Part shown: positions 1-7,830 of the stretch, piece after piece
How the letters are laid out: every line of letters starts with the position of its first letter
Numbering within the stretch: position 1 is the stretch's first letter
Virus record (IMG/VR): IMGVR_UViG_2737471853_000003
Location: 1-8,025 of that record
DNA length: 8,025 bases
Strand: one strand, 5' to 3'
Source of the DNA: a virus
Lineage: Duplodnaviria > Heunggongvirae > Uroviricota > Caudoviricetes
Made by a program: the position numbers and the translations under genes
The notes under the pieces: generated by a model
Told to the model about the DNA's origin: nothing
What the model saw: the letters and a program-made list of their open reading frames with translations, nothing else
Databases searched by the model: none

Positions 1-186
1 TCTATTCAGTTTTCTGTGCGAGGCGTTCTGTATAACAGTGACGGTGAATATGACGAGGACGGAAATATGATAAAGGAGCCGACCCTAAAGGACGGTTATC
101 ACATTGATGTTATCTATGGCCTCATACCTGAAGCTGCGCAGAAATTTATCATCAATCCATCAACACCTGAATACGTACTGGCGTAG
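1..186 (+). CDS. 3' end of an unrecognised protein-coding gene (C-terminal 61 codons, frame 1, stop TAG 184-186)
   Basis: Frame 1 is open from position 1 to TAG at 184-186, reading ...SIQFSVRGVLYNSDGEYDEDGNMIKEPTLKDGYHIDVIYGLIPEAAQKFIINPSTPEYVLA. It is absent from the ORF track because it has no start in the window. Composition is protein-like and it is co-oriented with the next ORF. I do not recognise the product. Confidence 0.35.
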   Translation, partial: SIQFSVRGVLYNSDGEYDEDGNMIKEPTLKDGYHIDVIYGLIPEAAQKFIINPSTPEYVLA

Positions 187-196
187 GGGGGGGCAC

Positions 197-433
197 ATGG
201 CAACAGAAAGAATGATCATAGGCGCTGAACCAGTTCAAATAACGGATGGTACGAATAGCGCACTGATATCTGTTTTAGACCCGGCATCAATCAGTTTTGC
301 TGAGTCTGAAAACATTCCAGATACAGCAACAGGCGATTTTTTACGGGATAAAATGACCGTCCATCCTCCACTGAAAATTTGGGTTTGGAACTCTACCAGG
401 AAACCAATTCCAATTGCAGTAACAAGGTGGTAG
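197..433 (+). CDS. small hypothetical protein (78 aa), cos-proximal ORF of unknown function
   Basis: ATG at 197 sits 3 nt after a G8 run (186-193) that can act as a Shine-Dalgarno sequence; the ORF runs to TAG 431-433. The track's longer 104..433 version starts at TTG and adds a basic, low-complexity N-terminus, which I consider less likely. No recognisable motif. A competing antisense ORF (235..510) overlaps it. Confidence 0.4.
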   Translation: MATERMIIGAEPVQITDGTNSALISVLDPASISFAESENIPDTATGDFLRDKMTVHPPLKIWVWNSTRKPIPIAVTRW

Positions 434-564
434 TTCTGCAAAACAAAAAGCAATACATCTGAGCTTAAAAAGCAGCCGATGAATGGATTACAGACACGGG
501 CCAATGCCATTGCCGTCCAGGTGGCATTATCTTGAAGGGAATAACTTGCAATTGATAATCATTA

Positions 565-780
565 TCTTTTCGGGTCCTTTCCGGCGATCCGCCCTGTTAC
601 GGGGCGGCGACCTCGCAGATTATCGCTATTTATGAAAATTTTCTGGTTTATGCCATTTCCGTTCTTCTTCTTGTTTTCTCATTGTTTTTGTTGAAAACAT
701 CCTCTCTCCAGAAAGGAAATGCTAATCATGGAAAACGGAAGTTAACCGTTGATTGTTTCCTTTCTCTGTTTTGTGCCAGG
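565..780 (+). promoter_or_regulatory. cos: cos region: cosQ-like element (~571-584), cosN (~592-613), cosB with terminase-binding R3 (~651-667), A/T-rich IHF-like I1 (~675-700), R2 (~709-722), R1 (~752-768)
   Basis: Window 551-601 (attgataatcattatcttttcgggtcctttccggcgatccgccctgttacg) closely matches the lambda right end as I remember it, and 602 onward (gggcggcgacctcgc..tcgctatttatgaaaatttt..) matches the lambda left end. tgccatttccgttcttc resembles R3, and gaaaggaaa (711-719) and tttcctttc (758-766) are inverted copies resembling R2 and R1. Spacing from cosN to the Nu1 start (187 nt) is almost the same as in lambda. Confidence 0.8.
602..613 (+). other. cosN: 12-nt cohesive-end sequence GGGCGGCGACCT (cosN nick-to-nick segment)
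   Basis: Exact GGGCGGCGACCT at 602-613, preceded by GTTACG, reproducing the lambda cos junction. Because the junction is intact within the window, the DNA is in a joined (prophage or circular/concatemeric) state rather than a packaged linear end. Confidence 0.85.
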
Positions 781-788
781 AGTGAGCC

Positions 789-1334
789 ATGGAGGTTAAC
801 AAAAAACGCTTATCCGAAATTTTCGGGGTGAGCGTCCGAACGATTCAGAACTGGCAGGAACAAGGTATGCCGGTTGCCCGCGGTGGTGGCAAGGGTAATG
901 AGGTTCTCTTTGAATCTGCTGCCGCAATCGAATGGTACAGTGCGCGCGATGCAGCCATAGAAAATGAAAAGTTGCGGAAGGAAGTTGAAGATCTCCGCAT
1001 TGCTTCTGAGTCCGATCTTCAACCTGGCACGATTGAATATGAGCGACACCGACTTACGCGAGCTCAGGCTGACGCTCAGGAATTAAAAAATGCAAAAGAG
1101 TCCGCTGAAGTGGTGGAGACCGCATTCTGCACGTTCGTGCTGTCGCGGGTAGCCGGAGAAATTGCCAGTATTCTCGATGGAATACCTCTGTCGGTTCAGC
1201 GGCGCTTCCCGGAGCTGGAGAACCGACATATTGATTTCCTCAAGAAGGACATCATTAAGGCCATGAACAAAGCAGCTGCGCTGGATGAAATGATACCGGG
1301 GTTGCTGAGTGAATATATCGAACAGTCAGGTTAA
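789..1334 (+). CDS. nu1: terminase small subunit (lambda gpNu1 homolog), 181 aa
   Basis: Translation MEVNKKRLSEIFGVSVRTIQNWQEQGMPVARGGGKGNEVL... is near-identical in length and sequence to lambda Nu1 as recalled, including the N-terminal winged-HTH region. GGAG lies upstream of the ATG and the gene sits immediately downstream of cosB. Confidence 0.95.
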   Translation: MEVNKKRLSEIFGVSVRTIQNWQEQGMPVARGGGKGNEVLFESAAAIEWYSARDAAIENEKLRKEVEDLRIASESDLQPGTIEYERHRLTRAQADAQELKNAKESAEVVETAFCTFVLSRVAGEIASILDGIPLSVQRRFPELENRHIDFLKKDIIKAMNKAAALDEMIPGLLSEYIEQSG

Positions 1335-3231
1335 GGGGCTGCAGCACTCTGCGCGGGCGGGGCTACGTTCGCTTTACCGGCCAGAACCGCAAACAGCGGT
1401 TGAATGGGCAGATGAGAATTACTATCTCCCGAAAGAGTCTGCCTACCAGGAAGGGCGCTGGGAAACACTGCCCTTTCAGCGTGCAATTATGAATGCGATG
1501 GGCAATGACTATATCCGCGAAGTGAATGTCGTTAAATCTGCTCGTGTCGGCTACTCAAAAATGTTGCTCGGCGTTTACGCATATTTCATCCAGCATAAAC
1601 AGCGTAACTCCCTAATATGGTTGCCAACCGACGGTGACGCTGAAAACTTCATGAAGTCTCATGTCGAACCGACCATTCGTGATATTCCGACGCTGTTGGC
1701 GCTTGCTCCTTGGTACGGCAAAAAACACCGGGACAATACGCTTAGCATGAAGCGTTTCTCAAATGGTCGTGGTTTCTGGTGCCTGGGCGGTAAGGCTGCA
1801 AAAAACTACCGTGAAAAATCCGTTGATGTGGCTGGCTACGACGAGCTTGCCGCTTTCGATGATGACATCGAGAAAGAAGGTTCTCCCACCTTTCTGGGAG
1901 ATAAGCGTATTGAGGGTTCTGTATGGCCAAAATCCATTCGCGGCTCTACACCGAAAGTCAAAGGTACGTGCCAGATAGAAAGGGCTGCTAAGGAGTCAGA
2001 ACATTTTCTTCGGTTCCATGTTCCATGCCCACACTGCGGGGAAGAGCAGTATCTGAAATTTGGCGATGAAGAGACACCATTTGGCTTTAAATGGTCTCCG
2101 GGAGAACCTTCCAGCGTTTACTACCTCTGTGAACACAATGCCTGTGTGATTAAACAACAAGAGCTGGATTTCCTTGAGGCTAGGTATATTTGTGATGAAA
2201 CAGGTATCTGGACGCGAGACGGCCTTCACTGGTTTGCTTCATCCGGTACTGAAATTGAACCTCCTGACAGCGTTACATTCCACATCTGGACCGCTTACAG
2301 CCCGTTCACAACTTGGGTGCAGATCGTCAAGGACTGGATAAAAACAAAAGGTGATACGGGTAAGCGCAAAACCTTCGTTAACACGACCTTGGGCGAAACG
2401 TGGGAACCGAAAATAGGCGAACGACCCGATGCTGAAGTTTTAGCGGAGCGCAAAGAGCACTTTGAAGCGTCTGTGCCGGAGCGAGTGGCATATCTAACAG
2501 CGGGTATTGACTCCCAGCTTGACCGTTACGAAATGCGTGTATGGGGATGGGGACCGGGAGAGGAAAGCTGGCTTATCGACAAAATCATCGTTATGGGTCG
2601 TCATGATGATGAGTCGACTCTCGCTCGAGTGGATGAGGCGATCAACAGGACATATAAGCGCCAGAACGGTCTCGAAATGGTTATATCCCGCACTTGCTGG
2701 GATATTGGCGGCATTGATCCCACCATCGTCTACAACCGCTCAAAAAAACATGGTCTGTTTCGTGTGATCCCTATAAAGGGTGCGTCGGTTTATGGAAAGC
2801 CGGTGGCGAACATGCCACGCAAGCGTAACAAGAGTGGCGTTTACCTCACTGAGGTAGGAACAGACACCGCAAAAGAGCAGATTTATAACCGTTTCACGCT
2901 GGTGGCGCAAAGAGACGAGCCGCTGGCGGGAGCGGTTCATTTCCCGAATAACCCAGAAATCTACGATCTAACCGAGGCCCAACAACTAACTGCTGAAGAG
3001 CAGGTGGAAAAATGGGTAGACGGAAAGAAAAAGATCGTCTGGGACAGCAAAAAACGACGAAATGAGGCGCTCGATTGCTTTGTTTATGCACTGGCGGCGC
3101 TTCGTATCAGCATATCCCGCTGGCAGCTAAATCTTGATTCACTTCTGGCCAGCCTGCTGGAGGAAGAAGGCAGCCGTAACAATAACAAGACCCTGGCGGA
3201 TTACGCGCGGGCATTATCTGGAGAGGAATAA
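1309..3231 (+). CDS. A: terminase large subunit (lambda gpA homolog), 640 aa, GTG start overlapping the nu1 3' end
   Basis: Translation [65 protein letters not shown]... is colinear with lambda gpA (641 aa) over its full length. The start is GTG at 1309, inside the last codons of nu1, the same arrangement as in lambda. Confidence 0.95.
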   Translation: MNISNSQVKGLQHSARAGLRSLYRPEPQTAVEWADENYYLPKESAYQEGRWETLPFQRAIMNAMGNDYIREVNVVKSARVGYSKMLLGVYAYFIQHKQRNSLIWLPTDGDAENFMKSHVEPTIRDIPTLLALAPWYGKKHRDNTLSMKRFSNGRGFWCLGGKAAKNYREKSVDVAGYDELAAFDDDIEKEGSPTFLGDKRIEGSVWPKSIRGSTPKVKGTCQIERAAKESEHFLRFHVPCPHCGEEQYLKFGDEETPFGFKWSPGEPSSVYYLCEHNACVIKQQELDFLEARYICDETGIWTRDGLHWFASSGTEIEPPDSVTFHIWTAYSPFTTWVQIVKDWIKTKGDTGKRKTFVNTTLGETWEPKIGERPDAEVLAERKEHFEASVPERVAYLTAGIDSQLDRYEMRVWGWGPGEESWLIDKIIVMGRHDDESTLARVDEAINRTYKRQNGLEMVISRTCWDIGGIDPTIVYNRSKKHGLFRVIPIKGASVYGKPVANMPRKRNKSGVYLTEVGTDTAKEQIYNRFTLVAQRDEPLAGAVHFPNNPEIYDLTEAQQLTAEEQVEKWVDGKKKIVWDSKKRRNEALDCFVYALAALRISISRWQLNLDSLLASLLEEEGSRNNNKTLADYARALSGEE

Positions 3232-3437
3232 TGGCAACACAGACTGAACTGGATGCCGCGCGCGCTGCGTTACATGACCTGATGATGGGAAAGCGCGTGG
3301 CGACGGTACAGAAAGACGGTCGAAGAGTGGAATTTACAGCCACATCAGTCAGCGATCTCAAAAAATATATTGCTGACCTTGAATCTCAGGTTGGTACCAC
3401 ATCACGACGCCGGGGGCCAGCAGGGTTTTACGTATGA
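3231..3437 (+). CDS. W: head-tail joining / head completion protein (lambda gpW homolog), 68 aa
   Basis: Translation [68 protein letters not shown] matches lambda gpW (68 aa) closely. The ATG overlaps the A stop (TAATG) and GGAGAGG lies upstream. Confidence 0.9.
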   Translation: MATQTELDAARAALHDLMMGKRVATVQKDGRRVEFTATSVSDLKKYIADLESQVGTTSRRRGPAGFYV

Positions 3438-5026
3438 AAATACCATCTTTAGTGGGACCTGACGGGAAAACATCCCTTCGGGAATACGCGGGATATCATG
3501 GTGGTGGTGGCGGGTTTGGTGGGCAGCTGCGGGGCTGGAATCCGCCGAGTGAAAGTGCAGATGCCGCACTCCTTCCCAACTATTCTCGTGGAAATGCCCG
3601 CGCTGACGATCTGGTGCGAAATAATGGCTATGCAGCAAACGCCGTGCAGCTCCACCAGGACCACATCGTCGGGTCATTTTTCAGACTCAGTTATCGACCG
3701 AGCTGGCGCTATCTTGGCATCAATGAGGAGGATTCACGCGCATTTTCTCGGGATGTGGAAGCCGCCTGGAATGAGTATGCCGAAGATGACTTCTGCGGGA
3801 TTGATGCCGAACGCAAGCGAACGTTTACGATGATGATTCGTGAAGGTGTAGCAATGCATGCGTTTAACGGTGAATTATGCATGCAGGCGACATGGGACAG
3901 CGATTCAACGCGTCTTTTCCGTACTCAGTTCAAAATGGTTAGTCCGAAGCGCGTCAGTAATCCAAGCAACATCGGTGATACCCGGAACTGTCGCGCCGGG
4001 GTAAAAATCAATAATAGTGGTGCTGCGCTGGGATATTACGTCAGCGATGACGGTTATCCTGGTTGGATGGCGCAGAACTGGACCTACATACCTCGCGAGC
4101 TCCCCGGAGGGCGCCCCTCTTTTATCCATGTCTTCGAACCGATAGAGGACGGACAGACCCGAGGAGCCAATGCGTTTTACAGCGTTATGGAGCAGATGAA
4201 AATGCTCGATACCCTGCAAAACACTCAGCTCCAGAGTGCGATAGTGAAGGCCATGTATGCTGCCACCATCGAGAGTGAGCTGGATACGCAGACGGCGATG
4301 GATTTCATTCTCGGCGCGGATAATAAAGAGCAGCAGAGCAAACTGACGGGCTGGCTCGGTGAAATGGCGTCCTATTACTCAGCTGCGCCGGTTCGCCTGG
4401 GTGGGGCAAGGGTTCCACACCTGTTGCCGGGTGATTCTCTCAACCTTCAGTCGGCGCAGGATACCGATAACGGCTACTCGACTTTTGAACAGTCACTGCT
4501 GCGCTATATTGCCGCTGGGCTGGGTGTATCGTATGAGCAGCTTTCGCGAAATTATTCTCAGATGAGTTACTCGACTGCGCGCGCAAGCGCTAACGAGTCA
4601 TGGGCGTACTTCATGGGCCGTCGCAAGTTTGTGGCATCCCGACAGGCCTGTCAGATGTTTCTTTGCTGGCTGGAAGAGGCAATTGTCCGCCGCGTGGTCA
4701 CACTTCCTTCAAAAGCCAGATTCAGCTTTCAGGAAGCGAGAACAGCCTGGGGAAATGCCAACTGGATCGGCTCAGGCCGCATGGCTATTGACGGGCTGAA
4801 AGAGGTACAGGAAGCCGTCATGCTCATCGAGGCTGGTCTCAGTACGTATGAGAAAGAATGCGCCAAACGCGGTGATGATTATCAGGAGATTTTTGCCCAG
4901 CAGGTCCGGGAAACAATGGAGCGTCGTGCTGCGGGTCTGAAACCACCGGCATGGGCCGCTGCCGCTTTTGAGGCTGGACTGAAAAAATCAAACGAGGAGG
5001 AGCAAGATGGCGCACGAGCTGCGTAA
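3434..5026 (+). CDS. B: portal protein (lambda gpB homolog), 530 aa
   Basis: Translation ...[65 protein letters not shown]... is colinear with lambda gpB (533 aa). The start overlaps the W stop (ATGA). Confidence 0.95.
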   Translation: MKIPSLVGPDGKTSLREYAGYHGGGGGFGGQLRGWNPPSESADAALLPNYSRGNARADDLVRNNGYAANAVQLHQDHIVGSFFRLSYRPSWRYLGINEEDSRAFSRDVEAAWNEYAEDDFCGIDAERKRTFTMMIREGVAMHAFNGELCMQATWDSDSTRLFRTQFKMVSPKRVSNPSNIGDTRNCRAGVKINNSGAALGYYVSDDGYPGWMAQNWTYIPRELPGGRPSFIHVFEPIEDGQTRGANAFYSVMEQMKMLDTLQNTQLQSAIVKAMYAATIESELDTQTAMDFILGADNKEQQSKLTGWLGEMASYYSAAPVRLGGARVPHLLPGDSLNLQSAQDTDNGYSTFEQSLLRYIAAGLGVSYEQLSRNYSQMSYSTARASANESWAYFMGRRKFVASRQACQMFLCWLEEAIVRRVVTLPSKARFSFQEARTAWGNANWIGSGRMAIDGLKEVQEAVMLIEAGLSTYEKECAKRGDDYQEIFAQQVRETMERRAAGLKPPAWAAAAFEAGLKKSNEEEQDGARAA

Positions 5027-6350
5027 TCTTCCGCATATCGCCAGTATGGCCTTTAATGAGCCGCTGATGCTTGAACCCGCCTACGCGCGGGTTTTCTTTT
5101 GTGCCTTAGCTGGTCAGCTGGGCATCACCCGGCTGACAGATACCGTCTCTGGCATCACGCTTGACGCCGGACAAATAGCCGAACCGCTGGCGCTGTTTGG
5201 TGAAGATGATGACATGGATACCCGACCATCGCGAAGCTATCAGGTGGCAAATGGCATCGCGGTCTTGCCGGTTTCCGGCACTCTGGTGAGTAAAACCCGT
5301 GCGCTGCAGCCTTATTCCGGGATGACGGGTTACAACGGGATCATCGCTCGCCTGCAGCAGGCCATCAGTGACCCCGGCGTCGACGGCATTCTACTGGACA
5401 TGGATACGCCGGGTGGCATGGTGTCCGGGGCGTTTGACTGCGCCGACATTATTGCCCGTATGCGCGATATCAAACCCATCTGGGCGCTGGCCAATGACAT
5501 GAACTGCAGTGCAGGTCAGCTTATTGCCAGTTCGGCATCGCGACGGCTGGTCACACAAACGGCCAGAACCGGCTCCATTGGGGTCATGATGGCGCACAGT
5601 AACTATGGCGCTGCGCTCAAAACTAACGGCGTTGAGGTCACGCTGATTTACAGCGGCGATCGCAAGGTCGACGGCAACCCTTACGAAAAGCTTCCGAAAG
5701 ATGTGCGTGCTGATTTCCAGACGCGTATCGATGCCACTCGTCAGATGTTTGCCGAAAAGGTTTCCGCTTATACCGGCATGTCTGTTCAGGACGTGCTGGA
5801 CACCGAAGCGGCAGTATTCTCCGGCCAGGAATCTTTGGATAACGGGCTGGCGGATGAACTTGTTAACAATACCGATGCGCTCGGCGTGATGCGCGAAGCA
5901 CTCGACAGACGCAAAAAAACAACCCTTGGAGGAACTATGCCATCACCTTCTGCATCAGCTGTGACCACTAAGCCAGTTGACCAGGCAGCAACTCAGACAA
6001 CTGCATCAGCTGAACAGGCCACTACCGTTGACACGACAATTGCTTCCGTAGCAGCCCCTGTAGATGTCAGTGCGCAGGTTACTGCAGCAGTAGCTGCAGA
6101 GAATAGTCGCATCATGGGCATCCTGAACTGCGACGAGGCTAAAGGGCGTGAGTCACAGGCGCGAGCACTGGCCGAAACGCCGGGTATGACGGTAGAGAGC
6201 GCACAGCGCATTCTGGCTGCTGCACCGCAAAGTGCCCAGACGCGTACCGATACGGCGCTGGATCGTTTGATGGAAACAGCACCCGGTGCACTCCAAGCAG
6301 GTAGCGCATCTTCTGATGCCGCTGACGATTTGTTAAACACCCCCGTTTAA
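5007..6350 (+). CDS. C: prohead protease / minor capsid protein C (lambda gpC homolog; S49/ClpP-like peptidase family), 447 aa
   Basis: Translation [40 protein letters not shown]...GIAVLPVSGTLVS...DMDTPGGMVSGAFDCADII...ANDMNCSAGQLIASSASRR is colinear with lambda gpC (439 aa). It overlaps the B 3' end by 20 nt. The C-terminal third is an Ala/Thr/Ser-rich low-complexity segment. Confidence 0.9.
   Translation: MAHELRNLPHIASMAFNEPLMLEPAYARVFFCALAGQLGITRLTDTVSGITLDAGQIAEPLALFGEDDDMDTRPSRSYQVANGIAVLPVSGTLVSKTRALQPYSGMTGYNGIIARLQQAISDPGVDGILLDMDTPGGMVSGAFDCADIIARMRDIKPIWALANDMNCSAGQLIASSASRRLVTQTARTGSIGVMMAHSNYGAALKTNGVEVTLIYSGDRKVDGNPYEKLPKDVRADFQTRIDATRQMFAEKVSAYTGMSVQDVLDTEAAVFSGQESLDNGLADELVNNTDALGVMREALDRRKKTTLGGTMPSPSASAVTTKPVDQAATQTTASAEQATTVDTTIASVAAPVDVSAQVTAAVAAENSRIMGILNCDEAKGRESQARALAETPGMTVESAQRILAAAPQSAQTRTDTALDRLMETAPGALQAGSASSDAADDLLNTPV
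5937..6350 (+). CDS. nu3: scaffolding protein Nu3 homolog, translated from an internal in-frame start within C (137 aa); start position uncertain
   Basis: In-frame ATG at 5937 is preceded by a strong SD (tggagg, 5927-5932) and gives MPSPSASAVTTKPVDQ...AAVAAENSRIMGILNCDEAKGRESQARALAETPGMTVESAQRILAAAPQSAQTRTDTALDRLM...DLLNTPV, whose C-terminal half matches lambda gpNu3 as recalled. Other in-frame ATGs at 5745 and 5778 would give a longer product. Confidence 0.6.
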   Translation: MPSPSASAVTTKPVDQAATQTTASAEQATTVDTTIASVAAPVDVSAQVTAAVAAENSRIMGILNCDEAKGRESQARALAETPGMTVESAQRILAAAPQSAQTRTDTALDRLMETAPGALQAGSASSDAADDLLNTPV

Positions 6351-6359
6351 GAGGCTATC

Positions 6360-6692
6360 ATGGCAATTACTGAAGTTTTCACACATAACCAGCCGCTCGG
6401 TAACAGCGACCCGGCGCACACTGCGTATGGTCCTGGCGAACTGACAGCTTCCACTCCAGCCATGACGCCGCTCATGCTGGATGCCACTTCTGGCAAGCTG
6501 GCCGTCTGGGATGGTGCTCATGCTGGCGCGGCAATGGGCATCCTGGCTGTAACCGCAGACCAGAACAGCGCGGAACTGGCATTTTACAAATCTGGCTCTT
6601 TCCGTATTGAAGATGTCCTCTGGCCATCTGCCGTCACCGACGACAACATTAAACGTAACGCGTTCGCCGGTACTGCAATCAGCATCGTTTAA
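6360..6692 (+). CDS. D: head decoration protein (lambda gpD homolog), 110 aa
   Basis: Translation [110 protein letters not shown] has the same length as lambda gpD and is colinear with it. GAGG lies 6 nt upstream of the ATG. Confidence 0.92.
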   Translation: MAITEVFTHNQPLGNSDPAHTAYGPGELTASTPAMTPLMLDATSGKLAVWDGAHAGAAMGILAVTADQNSAELAFYKSGSFRIEDVLWPSAVTDDNIKRNAFAGTAISIV

Positions 6693-6722
6693 TCCGCATT
6701 TCTACAACCATCATCATTCATA

Positions 6723-6746
6723 AAAGCCGCCTGCGCGGCTTTTTTT
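6723..6746 (+). terminator. intergenic hairpin followed by a T7 run between D and E (rho-independent-terminator-like; probably a partial terminator or mRNA-stability element)
   Basis: aaagccgc (6723-6730) pairs with gcggcttt (6735-6742) around loop ctgc, followed by a run of seven T (6740-6746). It lies 14 nt upstream of the E start. The stem runs into the T tract, which is typical of intrinsic terminators. Confidence 0.45.
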
Positions 6747-6759
6747 ACGGGAAATATCT

Positions 6760-7785
6760 ATGTCCGTTTACACCACTGCCCAGCTGCTGGCGGTCAATGA
6801 GAAGAAATTCAAATTCGATCCGCTTTTCCTGCGTATCTTTTTCCGCGAAACCTATCCCTTCAGTACAGAGAAGGTTTACCTGTCGCAAATTCCTGGCCTG
6901 GTCAATATGGCGCTTTACGTCTCGCCGATTGTCTCCGGCAAAGTGATCCGCTCCCGTGGCGGCAGCACGTCTGAATTCACGCCGGGTTATGTGAAGCCGA
7001 AACACGAAGTTAACCCACTGATGACTCTCCGCCGCCTGCCGGATGAGGATCCGCAGAATCTCGCTGACCCGGTCTATCGCCGTCGCCGCATCATCCTTCA
7101 GAACATGAAGGATGAAGAGCTGGCGATTGCTCAGGTCGAAGAGAAACAGGCTGTTTCGGCGGTGCTCAGCGGTAAATACACCATGACCGGGGAAGCGTTC
7201 GAGCCTGTTGAAGTCGATATGGGTCGCAGCGCTGGTAACAACATTGTCCAGGCAGGTGCGGCTGCATGGTCAACCCGCGACAAAGAAACGTATGACCCGA
7301 CCGATGACATTGAAGCGTACGCGCTTAATGCCAGCGGTGTGATCAACATCATTGTGTTCGATCCGAAGGGCTGGGCGCTGTTCCGTTCCTTCAAGTCTGT
7401 TGAGAAGAAACTGGACACCCGTCGGGGTTCTAACTCAGAGCTGGAAACTGCCGTGAAAGACCTGGGTATGGCTGTTTCATACAAGGGTATGTATGGCGAT
7501 GTGGCCATCGTGGTGTACTCCGGCCAGTACGTCGAAAATGATGTCAAAAAGAACTATCTGCCGGATCTGACGATGGTTCTGGGTAATACACAGGCCCGTG
7601 GCCTCCGTACCTATGGCTGCATTCTTGATGCTGATGCCCAGCGCGAAGGTATCAATGCCTCGACACGCTACCCGAAAAACTGGGTGCAGTCGGGGGATCC
7701 GGCGCGCGAATTCACCATGATTCAGTCAGCTCCGCTGATGCTGCTGCCAGACCCTGACGCATTCGTCTCCGTCAAACTGGCATAA
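6760..7785 (+). CDS. E: major capsid protein (lambda gpE homolog), 341 aa
   Basis: Translation MSVYTTAQLLAVNEKKFKFDPLFLRIFFRETYPFSTEKVYLSQIPGLVNMALYVSPIVSGKVIRSRGGSTSEFTPGYVKPKHEVNP... has the same length as lambda gpE (341 aa) and is highly similar along its whole length. Confidence 0.95.
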   Translation: MSVYTTAQLLAVNEKKFKFDPLFLRIFFRETYPFSTEKVYLSQIPGLVNMALYVSPIVSGKVIRSRGGSTSEFTPGYVKPKHEVNPLMTLRRLPDEDPQNLADPVYRRRRIILQNMKDEELAIAQVEEKQAVSAVLSGKYTMTGEAFEPVEVDMGRSAGNNIVQAGAAAWSTRDKETYDPTDDIEAYALNASGVINIIVFDPKGWALFRSFKSVEKKLDTRRGSNSELETAVKDLGMAVSYKGMYGDVAIVVYSGQYVENDVKKNYLPDLTMVLGNTQARGLRTYGCILDADAQREGINASTRYPKNWVQSGDPAREFTMIQSAPLMLLPDPDAFVSVKLA

Positions 7786-7794
7786 CTTCCCCCA

Positions 7795-7812
7795 GTGGCC
7801 CTGTCGGGCCAC
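7795..7812 (+). other. GC-rich stem-loop in the E-FI intergenic spacer
   Basis: gtggccc (7795-7801) and gggccac (7806-7812) form a perfect 7-bp inverted repeat around loop tgtc. No clean T-run follows (ctttctgg), so it is more likely an RNA structure or processing site than a terminator. Confidence 0.3.
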
Positions 7813-7830
7813 CTTTCTGGAGTATTTCCC

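Noticed and set aside
184-193. G8 tract as a frameshift site fusing the 1-186 ORF to the 197-433 ORF
   Set aside because: The TAG stop of the upstream frame uses only the first G of the run, so changing the tract length cannot remove the stop or fuse the frames.
104-433. Longer 109-aa version of the small ORF starting at TTG 104
   Set aside because: The added N-terminus (MMLSMASYLKLRRNLSSIHQHLNTYWRRGGH) is basic and low-complexity and overlaps the 3' end of the upstream frame-1 ORF. ATG 197, with the G-rich SD immediately upstream, is the more plausible start.
235-510. Antisense 91-aa ORF overlapping the 197-433 ORF
   Set aside because: Its putative RBS is weak and it runs opposite to every other gene in the window. 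I cannot fully exclude it, as it has a hydrophobic stretch, but the + strand ORF fits the local operon context better. Only one of the two is likely to be real.
503-529. Inverted repeat aatgcca...tggcatt downstream of the small ORF as a possible terminator
   Set aside because: The stem is only 7 bp with a 13-nt loop and no following T-run, which is too weak to call.
1763-5889. Plus-strand out-of-frame ORFs within A, B and C (1763..1978, 2507..2767, 3498..3833, 4063..4278, 4359..4565, 4600..4791, 5701..5889)
   Set aside because: They are alternative-frame ORFs inside well-supported genes. Their translations are Arg/Cys/His-rich and not protein-like, and they lack ribosome-binding sites.
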